The translations under genes and the position numbers were made by a program. DNA of 32,833 nt from Octopus bimaculoides. Taxonomy: Eukaryota. The notes beneath the pieces are model-generated. The model made no database searches. It saw nothing but the letters and a program-made list of their open reading frames with translations, and was not told the origin of the DNA. Shown here in pieces: positions 21,579 through 32,789 of the stretch (position 1 is its first letter; each line of letters opens with the position of its first letter). The DNA is taken from assembly GCF_001194135.2 (NCBI RefSeq), contig NC_068998.1, forward strand, positions 40,908,932 to 40,941,764, given 5' to 3'.

Positions 21579-22623
21579 TGTAGCGTACACTCAAGTGAAA
21601 CTCCTCTCTCCCCTTTATTATATATATACGTGCATTCGAACGTAGCATGTAACAGCTAGCCTTTGCCCGCTATTTGGACCCTGTTGTGCCCACTACTCTG
21701 ATTGGTTGATATAGGCACAATTTGTGTCTTACTCTGTCGTGCCAATTTACTGCGTATAATCAACCGGAGCGTCTAAATAAAATCACGTGAGACACTCTGT
21801 TCAATACTCCGTTTGAGCCTACTGTTCCTTATAAAAAAAAAACTCACCTTCTCCTCGTTTTGGAGGTCTTTTGGTTCCAGACCTTTTAAGGTCTAGCCAC
21901 TGACCACACAAGACACATCCAGTTCCAGTGACAACTCCAGACAACACCACAGCAATTACGTTGAGACTTACCAACTTCGTCCAACAACATTACGGCAACC
22001 TCCGTCTTTGTCGCCACCATTATGTCCTTAACGTTTTCAACATCATCTCACTGCGTACACAACTCAGCAAGCAACTCGCCCAGGTTCCAACATTTCACCA
22101 TTCGTGAATTACTCCATCATGGATCAACAGCGAATATACAACCTGCATGAACTCCTGTATCAAGTGACCCAGGCAGCAGCATCACAGCCACGACTTCACG
22201 TACGACATGTACCTGCAACCGGCTCAGCATCATGGCCGCAACTTCTTGATGCAGTATTTCAATTACCGTGTACAATTGACTACGAACTGGTATTCTCTTT
22301 TTTTTGTGTCTATGAACTTCTCACTTCAATGGCTATAGACTCTTTCATTGGCTATAGACCTTTCATTGCCATTCTTAATACACGCATACATCTATGCTTC
22401 CACGCACACATACATTTATTCTCATGACGGCCTGTCTATCATTCTGTAAACATGACGCACACACAGACACACATGTTAACATATCAATAAATCTTCTCTT
22501 AACCATGCTACGTGGTCGTGTCTCCTTTTTCCCTCTGGCACTTATATGTTCTATTCAATTTATATTTATTGTATCGACCGTGTGATGTACTAAAGAGCTA
22601 TTCTCGTCACCTCGTATCGCACA
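21579..22623 (+). mobile_element. solo LTR-like element (about 1.0 kb)
   Basis: TGTAGCG...CGCACA termini; GATTGG, CACGTG and TATAAAA near 21700-21840; AATAAA near 22485; no matching TSD seen. Confidence 0.4.
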
Positions 22624-22914
22624 GTTCTTACATGTTTATCATTTATAACACGTTCAGGTATGCACAAACGTGGGAAAGCAATGGCTATGTGATTTTGTCG
22701 TCAAGACAATCTTTCCTGTCGGGACTTTGTGTGTTAAAAACACATTATGTTCCAAATGATATCAGAGGAGTGTCATACATCAGTGTTTTGACATAATTTC
22801 ATCTCGAGTCAACTGGACGTAGTTAGGAACTTCGGTCCTTAAGTAAATAATATTAGAGAAAGTTATTAACTGCATTCGCTTCTTATATGAATGAAATAAT
22901 ATAAAATGATATAA

Positions 22915-22937
22915 TGATGATGATGATGATGATGATG

Positions 22938-22981
<44 letters not shown>
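22915..22981. repeat. (GAT)n(AAT)n microsatellite
   Basis: Direct reading. Confidence 0.95.
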
Positions 22982-22985
<4 letters not shown>

Positions 22986-23256
22986 TACTGTCTATGTGAT
23001 CTCAAAATTTAAAACAAACACATAATTTTCTTATGGTTTCTTAAACATTCTCTAGAACAACACTATGTACAAATCCAAATATATGGTACCCTAGGCATAG
23101 CACCTACATGAACTTCTAACTTGTTGTCTCTTGAGGTCTCTGGGTGAGACTTGGATCCAACTTGTACAAATGCAAAGCAAAAGTCAAACATAAAATAATA
23201 ATAATAATAATAATTATTATTATTATAATATGATAATAAGAATAATACACACATAC

Positions 23257-23308
23257 CTATGTATGTATGTATGTATGTATGTATGTATGTATGTATGTAT
23301 GTATGTAT
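23257..23308. repeat. (TATG)n microsatellite
   Basis: Direct reading. Confidence 0.95.
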
Positions 23309-23722
23309 ATCTTAAATTATTTTGTGAGGGTGGATCGAATAAACATTATGGCTTTTATGATTAAAAAAGAGATCGAAACAAGAAAAGAAAATGTGAAATA
23401 GACCAAAGAATTTGTGCAAAAACTTAATTTTCAATATAAATCGAAAATTATATAGTTTGTCCCTATGCATTTTGTGAAATGGTACTTTTGAAAATCCTCA
23501 AAACTCTTTCCGTGTAGTATTTCATTGCTATTGTTGTGTATGCAAGTTGTTTAGGACACGCAACCGGTTCAGTGTATTTGTAGACCTTAAATATTTTAGA
23601 AGAATTCACGTAAAATAATAGATGGAAAACACATTTTTACTTTAATAGAGTTCTTTATTGAATACTTTCATAATACAATATATATATATATATATATATA
23701 TATTGTTCATGTTTGGATTGAC

Positions 23723-23723
<1 letters not shown>

Positions 23724-23768
<45 letters not shown>
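23724..23768. repeat. (CA)n microsatellite
   Basis: Direct reading. Confidence 0.95.
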
Positions 23769-23773
<5 letters not shown>

Positions 23774-24214
23774 TATTTTTTGGCACTATCTTTTTATTAT
23801 TTAATATTGCATTTTTCCTGACTTTACAGCTTTGCTTACTTCAGCAAAAGAACAATTTTCATACATTCTTTTTCTTTCTGAAAAATGTAAACAATTGAAA
23901 TATATCAAAAAATTGAAAATGGAAATATATCAAAATCTCACACGTTAGTAGTTAAACCGAACATCTGTTTCTGTGTTATCTTCATTTTTGAATTATTACA
24001 TAAAAAAAAATAATAAATAAAATAAAAAGAAAGAGTGAGTTTGCTGAAATTCTAGGAATTAAGAAAATAACAAAACAAAACAAAAACGAAAATGGAACTA
24101 TTTGAAAATACATTTGAACATTTCATGTCGTAAGAATATTTATAAATGAATATTCTACTTGTTGATGTTGTATGTTGAAACGATGTGGAGTTTTTGGAAG
24201 ATTCACAGTCGACT

Positions 24215-24598
24215 CTAATTAATGTTATCTCATAAAAAAAATTTACCAATGTTTAAATTTAATTTACTACCAAGTTTTAAACCTTCAACGAATTCAACAA
24301 ATTGTTAGCATTTTGGAAAGGAATTGTCTGGAAAAAGTGTGAAATTTGATATTTTTATTTCTCCAAGAGTTGAATTTTTGTAAAAATTGAATATTAGTCC
24401 TTTTTTTTGTTTCTAATTAATGTTACTTTATCTAAAAGTTCATTTATATTTAAATTTGTTTTCTCATTTTAGGTTTAAAAAATTTGAACGACTTCAACAA
24501 ATTACCGGTGTTTTGGGAAAGGAAATTGATTAAAAGTGAGACGTGATATTTCTTCTAAAAATTGAATTTTTCTCAAAAGCTGAAATATTATCCCATTT
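24215..24598. repeat. degenerate tandem duplication, period about 198 bp
   Basis: CTAATTAATGTTA near 24215 and 24413; TTCAACAAATT, GGAAAGGAA and TTGAATTTTT recur in the same order. Confidence 0.6.
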
Positions 24599-24605
24599 AA
24601 ACAAA

Positions 24606-24975
24606 TTTGTTTTAGTCATTGGACTGCGGCCATGCTAGAGCACCGCCCTGAAGGATTTAGGCGCACAAGTCGACCCCAGGACTTATTTCTTAAATAAGGC
24701 ACTTATTCTATTGGTCTCTTTTGTGGAACCGCTAGGCTACGGGACGTAAACAAATCGACGCCAATTGTTGAGTGGTGGAGGGATAAACACAAGTGAAAAA
24801 ACACACATTCATACATGATAGGCTTCAGCACAGTTTCCATCAACAAAATTCACTGACACCCACAAAGCATTGGTTGGTTGAGGGCTATAGTAGAAGACAC
24901 TCGTCCAAGATGCCGTGAAGTGGGACTGAACCCGAAATGATGTAGTTTCAAAGCGAGCTTCTTACAGCCATGACC
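24606..24975 (-). mobile_element. SINE family A, moderately diverged full-length copy
   Basis: GACTGCGGCCATGCTAGAGCACCGCC..GACCCCAGGACTTAT..GGCTATAGTAGAAGACAC..GGGACTGAACCC. Confidence 0.8.
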
Positions 24976-25019
24976 GTCTCCATATTCTCTGAGATAAGTA
25001 ATCGTGTGATTATCGAAAG

Positions 25020-25440
25020 ATTATGGAATAATTTGAAATAATTTGAAATCTTCGATATTTTTGAGTCCCTGTAACATCCAAATTCTTAAAATGTTTGTGA
25101 AGTTGATAGACAAAAAATTCTTCGTCAGAGGCCTTTGACTTATATCGTATCTTTGATTAAAAATAAAAATGAGACAGAACATGGGAACATCTGCAGTAGA
25201 ATTGCCATTAATTCTCTAAAAAATTAATCTGAATATCTCAAATGCATTCTGTGAAAATAACAAATAAATTTCAATAATTATTTGTGATATCTCTGTTGAA
25301 ACTTCTTCAGTCGAATGTAGTTTAAATAAACGCTCTAAGCAATCAGTAGGTCTGCAGAAGAAATGAGAACTTAATGTTTTCCACGAATGCAAAAATTTCA
25401 ATATATTCTCTTCGGAAACGGTAATGCTTAACACCTGGTT
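25020..25440 (-). mobile_element. possible hAT-like transposase fossil
   Basis: Fragmentary translation (..KGL*RRIFCL / EEFFVYQLHKHFKNLDVTGTQKYRRF..) reminiscent of hAT internal regions; weak. Confidence 0.25.
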
Positions 25441-25529
25441 GGTGCATGGCAAAGAATATCTTTAAAATCCATATCCACAAACAAATGAAAATCTTAATGA
25501 TTTTTCACTTCTTGTTTTTGATTGATAAA

Positions 25530-25530
<1 letters not shown>

Positions 25531-25560
<30 letters not shown>

Positions 25561-25644
25561 TGTATGTACGTATGTGTGTGTGTATGTATGTGTGTATGTG
25601 TGTGTATATGTATGCATGTATGCGTGTATGTATTTATTTGTTTC

Positions 25645-25731
<87 letters not shown>

Positions 25732-25832
25732 GCATGTATATAAATATGTATATAAATGTATGTATGTGTGCATGTGTATATGAATTTATGTAAGTATGCT
25801 TGAGTGTATGCATGCATGTATGTATGTATGTA
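25531..25832. repeat. compound (TATG)n/(TG)n/(TA)n microsatellite
   Basis: Direct reading; explains the ORFs at 25446-25846. Confidence 0.95.
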
Positions 25833-26219
25833 TGAAGGTAACGCATATATCCTATGTTGATAAATTAACAAAGTCAACTAAAAATTATGTTCATAAAATT
25901 AAATAACTTAAACCAGTACAATCCGGTATGGCATGAAATAAATTAACCAAAAATCTTTAACAATTCCAAAATCAAATGTCTAACTTTAGAATCTGTAAAA
26001 AACTGAAATAAAGCTACAGATAAACACCACAAATGAATATCAGAATTAATCATTAAAACTTATAAAACCAATAAACAACGATGTCTAGAAATATATAGTA
26101 CTTAATACATCAGTTAGCCTCAGAAACGTAACCAACTAAGGAATATACTTAACAAAACTGGGAATTCCCTCTTCAGCTGCCTAACGGATATCAACGTTGT
26201 TTCGACACATATAGACGTC

Positions 26220-26402
26220 TGTGTTTGTCCCCCCCACCATCGCTTGACAACCGAACTTAGCGGTTCGGCAAAAGAGACAGATAGAATGAGTACTAGGCTT
26301 ATAAAGAAAAATCCTGGGGTCGATTTATTCGACTAAAAAAAAAAAAAGTCCTTAAAGGCGATATTCCAGCATGGCTGCAGTCAAATGACCGAAACAAGTA
26401 AA
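26220..26402 (+). mobile_element. SINE family A, 3' half
   Basis: GTGTTTGTCCCCCC..CGCTTGACAACCGA..CCTGGGGTCGATT..CCAGCATGGCTGCAGTCAAATGAC. Confidence 0.8.
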
Positions 26403-26759
26403 TACTTTGAATAATGTAGTCCTAGATAAACTATATCTAAAAAAACAAACAAACAAAAAAGAGGACGTTGGTGTTAAATTACAACAGCAATTACAACAAC
26501 AACAGCAGCAGCAGCAGTAGAAGTACTATGACTTATTGTATAGATCAGCGTATTTAGATGGTATCGTCTTCTTTTATCGATAAAGCATTTATATACGGCA
26601 GTAATTTATTGAATAGATTATTTATCAGAACATTTTACGTTTGGTAATAAAAGTCGTTGACAACAATCATATTTGTTCGGCGGCTTCCGCCTGTCATCTA
26701 CTTCGTACTGTTATTTTGCATACATTACATTGAATTGAGTGGTCTAACGTTGTTATGTG

Positions 26760-26821
26760 AGGTCAATGTCCTTTCATAGAAAGTATATATAAGAGCGGAA
26801 GGTACCATACATCACTAGTTC
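26760..26821 (+). promoter_or_regulatory. candidate Pol II core promoter (IR1-like element, TATA, Inr)
   Basis: AGGTCA-A-TGTCCT 26760-72; TATATAA 26786-92; CTAGTTC (YYANWYY) with A at 26817, 31 bp after the TATA start. Confidence 0.3.
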
Positions 26822-26999
26822 GGCTTCCATAGAAGCCAAGTTTACTGGAGATTTTACTCTTATTCATTATGCACCACTGGTTTGTCTGTCGCTTTAGAGA
26901 ACTGCATTGAAAGTGATAACATTAAATCAGCCAAACAATCGATTGCGTTGTACGTGACAACCTCTTTCTTAGCTAAGTTTAAGCTCAGGATAACGTATT

Positions 27000-27480
27000 T
27001 AATGTAATCAACCAAAAATAATTTTTGATTAAAATTAAAGTTATAGCTTTAACGAAAAGCCGTCAGCGTTAATAAAAAATTCTTGCAAAAATCACAAAAC
27101 AAAACAAAACAAAAGAACGGGCAGCAAGGGAGAGAATTCTCCAATTTAAGTTTAATAATTAAATGGAGATGAACAGGAGGGAGTGTGATATTTTGTGGTT
27201 AGAGTGACTAAGTTGCTTGTCAGTGATCTCTTTCTCGGCAGAGTTAAGTTCAAACTGACATATTCTAATGTAATTAACCAAAACTAATTTCTAATTAAGA
27301 TTAAAATTATAGCCTTAATGAGAAGAAAAATCATCAGATATAATAGCAATTCTTGTAAATGATAAAGATGGTAACAACAAGGGAGAAAACTCTGATATTT
27401 AAATGGTTTAAAAATTAAATAAAGGTTTGCAGTGGGAAGTGTGATCTTTGGGAGGTGCAATAGCTAAGTAGTGTGACAAG
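27000..27480. repeat. degenerate tandem duplication, period about 268 bp
   Basis: TAATGTAAT(C/T)AACCAAAA at 27000 and 27268; ATTCTTG, CAAGGGAGA and AGTGTGAT recur in order. Confidence 0.6.
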
Positions 27481-27841
27481 AGGCTTTTTTAGTCTGTTAC
27501 GAATTTTCTCTCATATTTCTTAGTTGCACCGAATTTAATTTTCTATTAACTTTGGTGTATCTCGAAAGTTTATTTATGTTTTCTGCACTCTTGCCGCCAT
27601 ACTTTTATTAATGATCATCTCAATTGTTACTTTTAATCACGCCACTAACACCCGTCCTTATTTTTACGCACATAATCATCATCCACAACCACAGCTCAAA
27701 GAACTCAAGCTACATCTGCATCGTTTCTATGCAACGTCCGCTTCCACACCGCAAAAGAAACAAGGAAGAATAATTATAAAGACTCTTTTGATGGCGACAT
27801 AACTAAGTCGCTTGCAACAGAAACAAGACGTAGTGACAAGA

Positions 27842-27842
<1 letters not shown>

Positions 27843-27898
<56 letters not shown>

Positions 27899-27915
27899 GT
27901 CTGTCTGTCTGTCTG
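27843..27915. repeat. (TCTA)n(TCTG)n microsatellite
   Basis: Direct reading. Confidence 0.95.
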
Positions 27916-28267
27916 TCCATCGGCCATCTTTCTTCTAGCTTGTGTTTCTTTCTTTTTCTCCGTTGTAGCTGGGACAAGGGAGACATGTTCTTGTTTGTCT
28001 CCTGTCCACACTTGATTTATGCGTTCGCCACCACAACCTCGTTTAGGCTTAGCAGCCCTTCCTGTTTGTTTCCACTGTCCTGTTTGTGTTACCAATTTTG
28101 ACCCTCCGCAAATATCCCAAATTTTATTTAATTTGCTTTGTGGGAGCAACTGTTTTATCGAAAACGTATATTGTTGTTAAATGCTCGAAATACGAGACTA
28201 GAAAAACAGCCAACAACTGATGAAGGGTCGTTCTATATGTTGTTTATTTTGTTTTCCATTTGTGTCT

Positions 28268-28400
28268 TTCGGTTAGGGTATTCGGCTCACGTTCGTAAGG
28301 TCGCAAGTTCGATTCGTGGTGGCGCGAGGTGTCATTAAGGGTACACGTGTTTGTAGAATGCTCAGCCACTTGCATGTTAATTTCACGAACTGGGACACTC
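28268..28400 (+). mobile_element. tRNA-derived SINE family D, diverged
   Basis: CGGTTAGGGTATTCGGCTCACG..AAGTTCGATTC B-box, then GGGTACACGTGTTTGTAGAATGCTCAGCCACTT shared with 5250-5290. Confidence 0.55.
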
Positions 28401-28701
28401 AACGTCGTAACCGACGAAATGCCAGTTATTTTATATAAAATAAATCACGAAATAGTCACTGTTTTCATTAATAATGCGCATATGCCATTATATATTAATT
28501 TTTACATTTATTTTTCGAAAGATTATTTTGTGATAACAACATATATTTTTAAGTATTCGATGTTTCCGTGTTACATTAACAACTTGTTTATTGACACAGT
28601 GTTTCACTGTATGTGTTTAAATCTTTTCTTGTTGGTTAGGTCTGCTCATTACAAAAATAATAACAAACTAAACGATGTTGATGTAGACATGTATTTCAGT
28701 G

Positions 28702-28762
28702 TATGTATGTATGTATGTATGTATGTATGTATGTATGTATGTATGTATGTATGTATGTATGT
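28702..28762. repeat. (TATG)n microsatellite
   Basis: Direct reading. Confidence 0.95.
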
Positions 28763-28860
28763 ACGTACGTATTCATATATAATCATTAATAATATTTACA
28801 ATCTATATGATGTTAACATACACAAGTATATATATATATATATATATATGACGGTATATT

Positions 28861-29270
28861 TGTAACGGTATGTGTAATGATAATTGTTGGTGTCGGCAGT
28901 TACCAACTGTAACGGGTGTTGATGTTGCAGATATTCAAGATGAAAGAAGAACAGTGATCGAAGTTGTAAACAAACATTTATTTACCATAACATATTGTTA
29001 TAGCCAGACACGACGGTCTGGTATGATAAATTCGTAAAAGCGTTTGTGTTTGTGTTCTCGTCATTGCGTAGTAGGAAAACCACGGATAGAGATAAGGTAA
29101 TGTTGTAGAGAAAGGAAAGTGAGCTAGTGGAAGTGAGAGTGGTGGGAAGTTCTATGTCTCATAGTGGCTGATTGTTTTCTTTCTCCTTGTGGCCGTTTGT
29201 TTCAAGTGGCTGTCTACCTGTGGCCATCTCTAGTTGCCTCCGTTCACCAACTAACTTTGTCTTACCAAAT
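28861..29270 (-). mobile_element. LTR-like fragment
   Basis: Minus strand reads AATAAA...CACCCGTTACA|GTTGGTAAC (LTR end plus TGG PBS-like); TGTAACGG occurs at 28861 and 28908; other end not found. Confidence 0.25.
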
Positions 29271-29574
29271 TATAGTATTTATAACCATGCAAAACTAAGT
29301 TAGAAAAATAGGTATATTGCAGAGAACAAAAAATATTCTTTGGGGGTCCACTGTTATCTCAATTCCATTCTCGGTGATATAGAAGAGGTTAGAAGGGTCA
29401 AGTGGCAAAGACATAAATCGGCTAAGCAAAGCCATGTGTTAAATGTAACTGCTGTGACTATTATTTTCCGTGAGAAAAGTGCTGTTGAAGTATTATGGGA
29501 TATTTGCCGATTCGGGTTCGAATCTACTCTATGCCTAAATGAAGTCACTACATATGTATGTATGTATGTATGTA

Positions 29575-29955
29575 TGTATTATGAACAGTAATGGCCCCTG
29601 CACAGTTCTCCGAGGGATGCCACTTAGGATTTGAGTTTCATCAGAAAGGGCACCTTTGGCTGCAACTGTCTGACTTCTGTCTTTAAGGTAGTCATGCAGC
29701 CAATCTCCCAGTTTACCAGCAATGCCAAGGTCTCGTAGCTTATGACATATCATGCCATGATCTACCTTATCAAATGCATTTGCAAAGTCAAGGGTTATCA
29801 CACTGATATCTGAATGATCAAACAGCTGATATCTGAATGATCAAACCCAGTCATAGTACTGTAGGAGTTGTGGGAGGCAGCTTCTTCCTAGACGAAAGTC
29901 ATGCTGTATATTGTTCAGTAGGTCATTTCTTCTAGGAACACTATCAATTTCTTTC
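29575..29955 (-). mobile_element. CR1/L2-type LINE reverse transcriptase remnant
   Basis: NDLLNNIQHDFRLGRSCLPQLL and LDFANAFDKVDHGMICHKL..WLHDYLKDRSQTV..SGIPRRTVQGPLLF are diagnostic RT motifs; a short tandem duplication (CTGATATCTGAATGATCAAAC twice) lies at about 29803-29847. Confidence 0.85.
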
Positions 29956-30284
29956 TGATGATTCGCTCCATGTGCGGGTATGTATATGTGTACATGTGTA
30001 TGGATGCATATATATGTATACATATAGGTGTTTGTGTGTGGGTGTGCATGTATGTGTTTCACGCGAGTGTTACTGAGCATATGCATATATGCACATGCAC
30101 GTGGGTGTGTGTGCGCGCATGTGTATGTATGTACATGCGCGCATACGCGGATTCGATGAGCGTGGGTTTACCTTCGAGTATTTTTACTTTCTCCCTATTC
30201 GGGTAATCTCCCTTTATTTAACGGTCATCTTCATAGTAATTGCCCTTTATTTAACGGTTTAACGGTCATTTTCATAGCATTTTT

Positions 30285-30362
30285 GGTTGTGTTAATAACT
30301 GACGAGATGCCGGAGCAGAATTCCGCCCCGAATCCGAAACTCTGAGTTTTATTACGGCAACC
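30285..30362 (+). ncRNA. type I hammerhead ribozyme motif (partly degenerate; Penelope/retrozyme-like)
   Basis: GGTTG-TGT-TAATAA / CTGACGA / G..AATT..C / GAAA-CTC-T-GAG-T-T / TTATTA-CGG-CAACC; predicted cleavage after 30348. Confidence 0.6.
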
Positions 30363-30421
30363 GACGAATTATCACATATTTTATATAATATACATGCACA
30401 TATATATATATATATATATAT

Positions 30422-30521
30422 NNNNNNNNNNNNNNNNNNNNNNNNNNNNNNNNNNNNNNNNNNNNNNNNNNNNNNNNNNNNNNNNNNNNNNNNNNNNNNN
30501 NNNNNNNNNNNNNNNNNNNNN
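30422..30521. other. assembly gap (100 N)
   Basis: Run of N. Confidence 1.
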
Positions 30522-30629
30522 ATGTATATATCTATCTATATATTCATAAATTTCTGTACAAATATATACATATATATATATGCATGTATATTTGTATGTA
30601 TACATGTGTGTTTATGTGTGTTTGTGTAC

Positions 30630-30660
<31 letters not shown>

Positions 30661-30685
30661 TATTCATACATACATACATACATAG

Positions 30686-30724
<39 letters not shown>

Positions 30725-30760
30725 AGCATATATATACACATATACACATGCTTATTGTGA
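30522..30760. repeat. compound (TA)/(TG)/(CATA)/(CA) low-complexity tract
   Basis: Direct reading. Confidence 0.9.
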
Positions 30761-31000
30761 GTCTGTGTATATACCAGTCTCATATTTTGTTTATATCCGT
30801 CCATTGTTTTTCAAAGGATGTGCGTATATTTTGCGTATCTTTCTGTTTCGGCCCACTCGGTTATCTTCTAAGTCAAAGCGTGTGAGAAATACTTGAGTAT
30901 GGTTAGAAAGGAGTACTTAAGGTATATAAGGCAGGAAAGTCGTTTGGTTGAAAGCAGCGGTAATAAACTCTTATTTACACACACACACACACACACACAT

Positions 31001-31165
31001 GTAATGTTAACCGCCACTTAAACATGGCTGTTCCATAGGAACCGACGTTACTGCTATTTTTAACCCATTGAATAACCAGCTGGAGGAGGCATCCTGCTGG
31101 GGTTAAAAATAACAGTAACGTCGGTTCCTACAGGCCAGCCATGCTTAAGTGGCGGTAAACATTAC
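31001..31165. repeat. long inverted repeat / foldback (MITE-like), 66-bp arms, 33-nt spacer
   Basis: 31001-31066 versus reverse complement of 31100-31165: 59/66 identical. Confidence 0.9.
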
Positions 31166-31244
31166 TTCTCAGTAAAGTTTCATCTCTTATAGATATTTCA
31201 TAACTAGCTATTTTGCTTATATATTGCATATATTTATATATTAT

Positions 31245-31504
31245 NNNNNNNNNNNNNNNNNNNNNNNNNNNNNNNNNNNNNNNNNNNNNNNNNNNNNNNN
31301 NNNNNNNNNNNNNNNNNNNNNNNNNNNNNNNNNNNNNNNNNNNNNNNNNNNNNNNNNNNNNNNNNNNNNNNNNNNNNNNNNNNNNNNNNNNNNNNNNNNN
31401 NNNNNNNNNNNNNNNNNNNNNNNNNNNNNNNNNNNNNNNNNNNNNNNNNNNNNNNNNNNNNNNNNNNNNNNNNNNNNNNNNNNNNNNNNNNNNNNNNNNN
31501 NNNN
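31245..31504. other. assembly gap (N run)
   Basis: Run of N. Confidence 1.
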
Positions 31505-31577
31505 AGCATTACCACAGATTTGGATCAAAGCTAGTGAAAAATAAAAGAACAGACTGTACTCTCTCTTTATCATACAA

Positions 31578-31579
<2 letters not shown>

Positions 31580-31630
<51 letters not shown>
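31580..31630. repeat. (CTA)n microsatellite
   Basis: Direct reading. Confidence 0.95.
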
Positions 31631-31669
31631 ACACCCACGCACACACACATGTGTGTATGTGTATGTGTA

Positions 31670-32335
31670 CAGGGTGTTCAGGCTAAATTTGACAGTTTTT
31701 TTCAGGGACAGCTTGATCTATTAGTGAACAGCCAACGGCGTAGGAGAGCATAAAGGTCTAAGTTGTAGTTGAGAAAAAGTTAGCTGACATGGAGGACTGG
31801 AGGTCATCTGAAAACTGAAAAAGAGTTTACCTGTATCATGATGATCCATGTCGGGTACCAAAACGCCGACATCATGGGTGCTGCTCAATGTTCTCTGAAC
31901 GCTGTAAAAGGCTGTAAGACGTGACATGGACAGCTGTAACAGAGACTACGATTCCGTGACCAATAGAAATGGAAACAATCAGCGTTCTGATTGCATCTGC
32001 ACGCTGGAATTCATCTCCTCATCCTTAGGCTCAGTTCAGACGACAATGTGAAGCTGCTGGAGAATGCGATCAATCCTTGCCTGGAAAGAGTTGCTGCCTG
32101 AAGGCCGTACATGTGGCAGCATGATTCGGTTCCTTGCCATGCCTTCAGAAAGAACCGGAAGCAGTTGTCGGAGAATTTCTACGACTTCATCAGCTCCAAT
32201 TTCTGGTTTCCTAATTCCCTCGATTTAGTTCCATGGATTTCTATGTGACGGTCGCGATTGGAAAAATACACTAACTGCTCTGCCTGCAAACAGCAAGGCC
32301 GAGCTGGTGCCTAAGTTCTAGGAAATCTTCTGAGA
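31670..32335 (+). mobile_element. Tc1/mariner maT (DD37D)-type transposon, internally deleted and degenerate
   Basis: TA|CAGGGTGTTCAGGCTAAATTTG 5' end; PYMWQHDSVPCHAFRKNRKQLSENFYDFISSNFWFPNSLDL(fs)PMDFYV gives 37 residues between the second and third catalytic D. Confidence 0.75.
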
Positions 32336-32359
32336 GACACAGGGTAAAAGATTATATAT

Positions 32360-32590
32360 GGCCTAGTGGCTGGGTGTGTTGTACTCACGATCGCGAGATC
32401 GTGGTTTCAATTCCTAGACCGGGTGGTGCGTTGTATTCTTGAGCAAAACACTTCATTTCACATTGCTCTACGATCACTTCAAAACCTCACGCATGGTACA
32501 CTGTGCACCTGTTCAGGCAACATCGATTTGATGGAGAGAGTGAGCTAATGTACAGCACGAACCTTCGATCATTATAAACGAATCATTTGT
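32360..32590 (+). mobile_element. tRNA-derived SINE family E (CORE-like)
   Basis: GGCCTAGTGG A-box, GGTTTCAATTCC B-box-like, TTCTTGAGCAAAACACTT core-like motif. Confidence 0.55.
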
Positions 32591-32631
32591 GCAGGTCATT
32601 CGTTCATACGTCGTCTACGACGGGAGAGTCC

Positions 32632-32789
32632 AGGAGTGGCTGTGTGGTAAGTAGCTTGCTTGCCAAGAACATGGTTCCGAGTTCTCATTCCACTGCATGA
32701 CACCTTGGGCAAGTGCCTTCTACTATAGCCTCGGGCTAACCAAAGACTTGTGAGTGGATTTGGTAGACGGAAACTGAAAGAAGCCTGTC

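Noticed and set aside
25446-25846. Several overlapping ORFs (YIYI, MYVC, HTYI repeats)
   Set aside because: Translations of microsatellites; the same applies to 16519-16752, 27812-28015 and 30522-30885.
26155-26215. Minus-strand CTGAAGA-GGGAATTCCC with nearby GAAAC as a hammerhead
   Set aside because: GAAA does not follow stem II, and stems I and III cannot be formed in any topology.
28210-28250. CTGATGAAGGG Penelope-like hammerhead start
   Set aside because: No GAAA or closing stem; at most a decayed remnant.
28329-28865. 178-aa ORF, the longest without N
   Set aside because: Starts inside a SINE, runs through AT-rich DNA and a (TATG)n tract, and has no recognisable domain.
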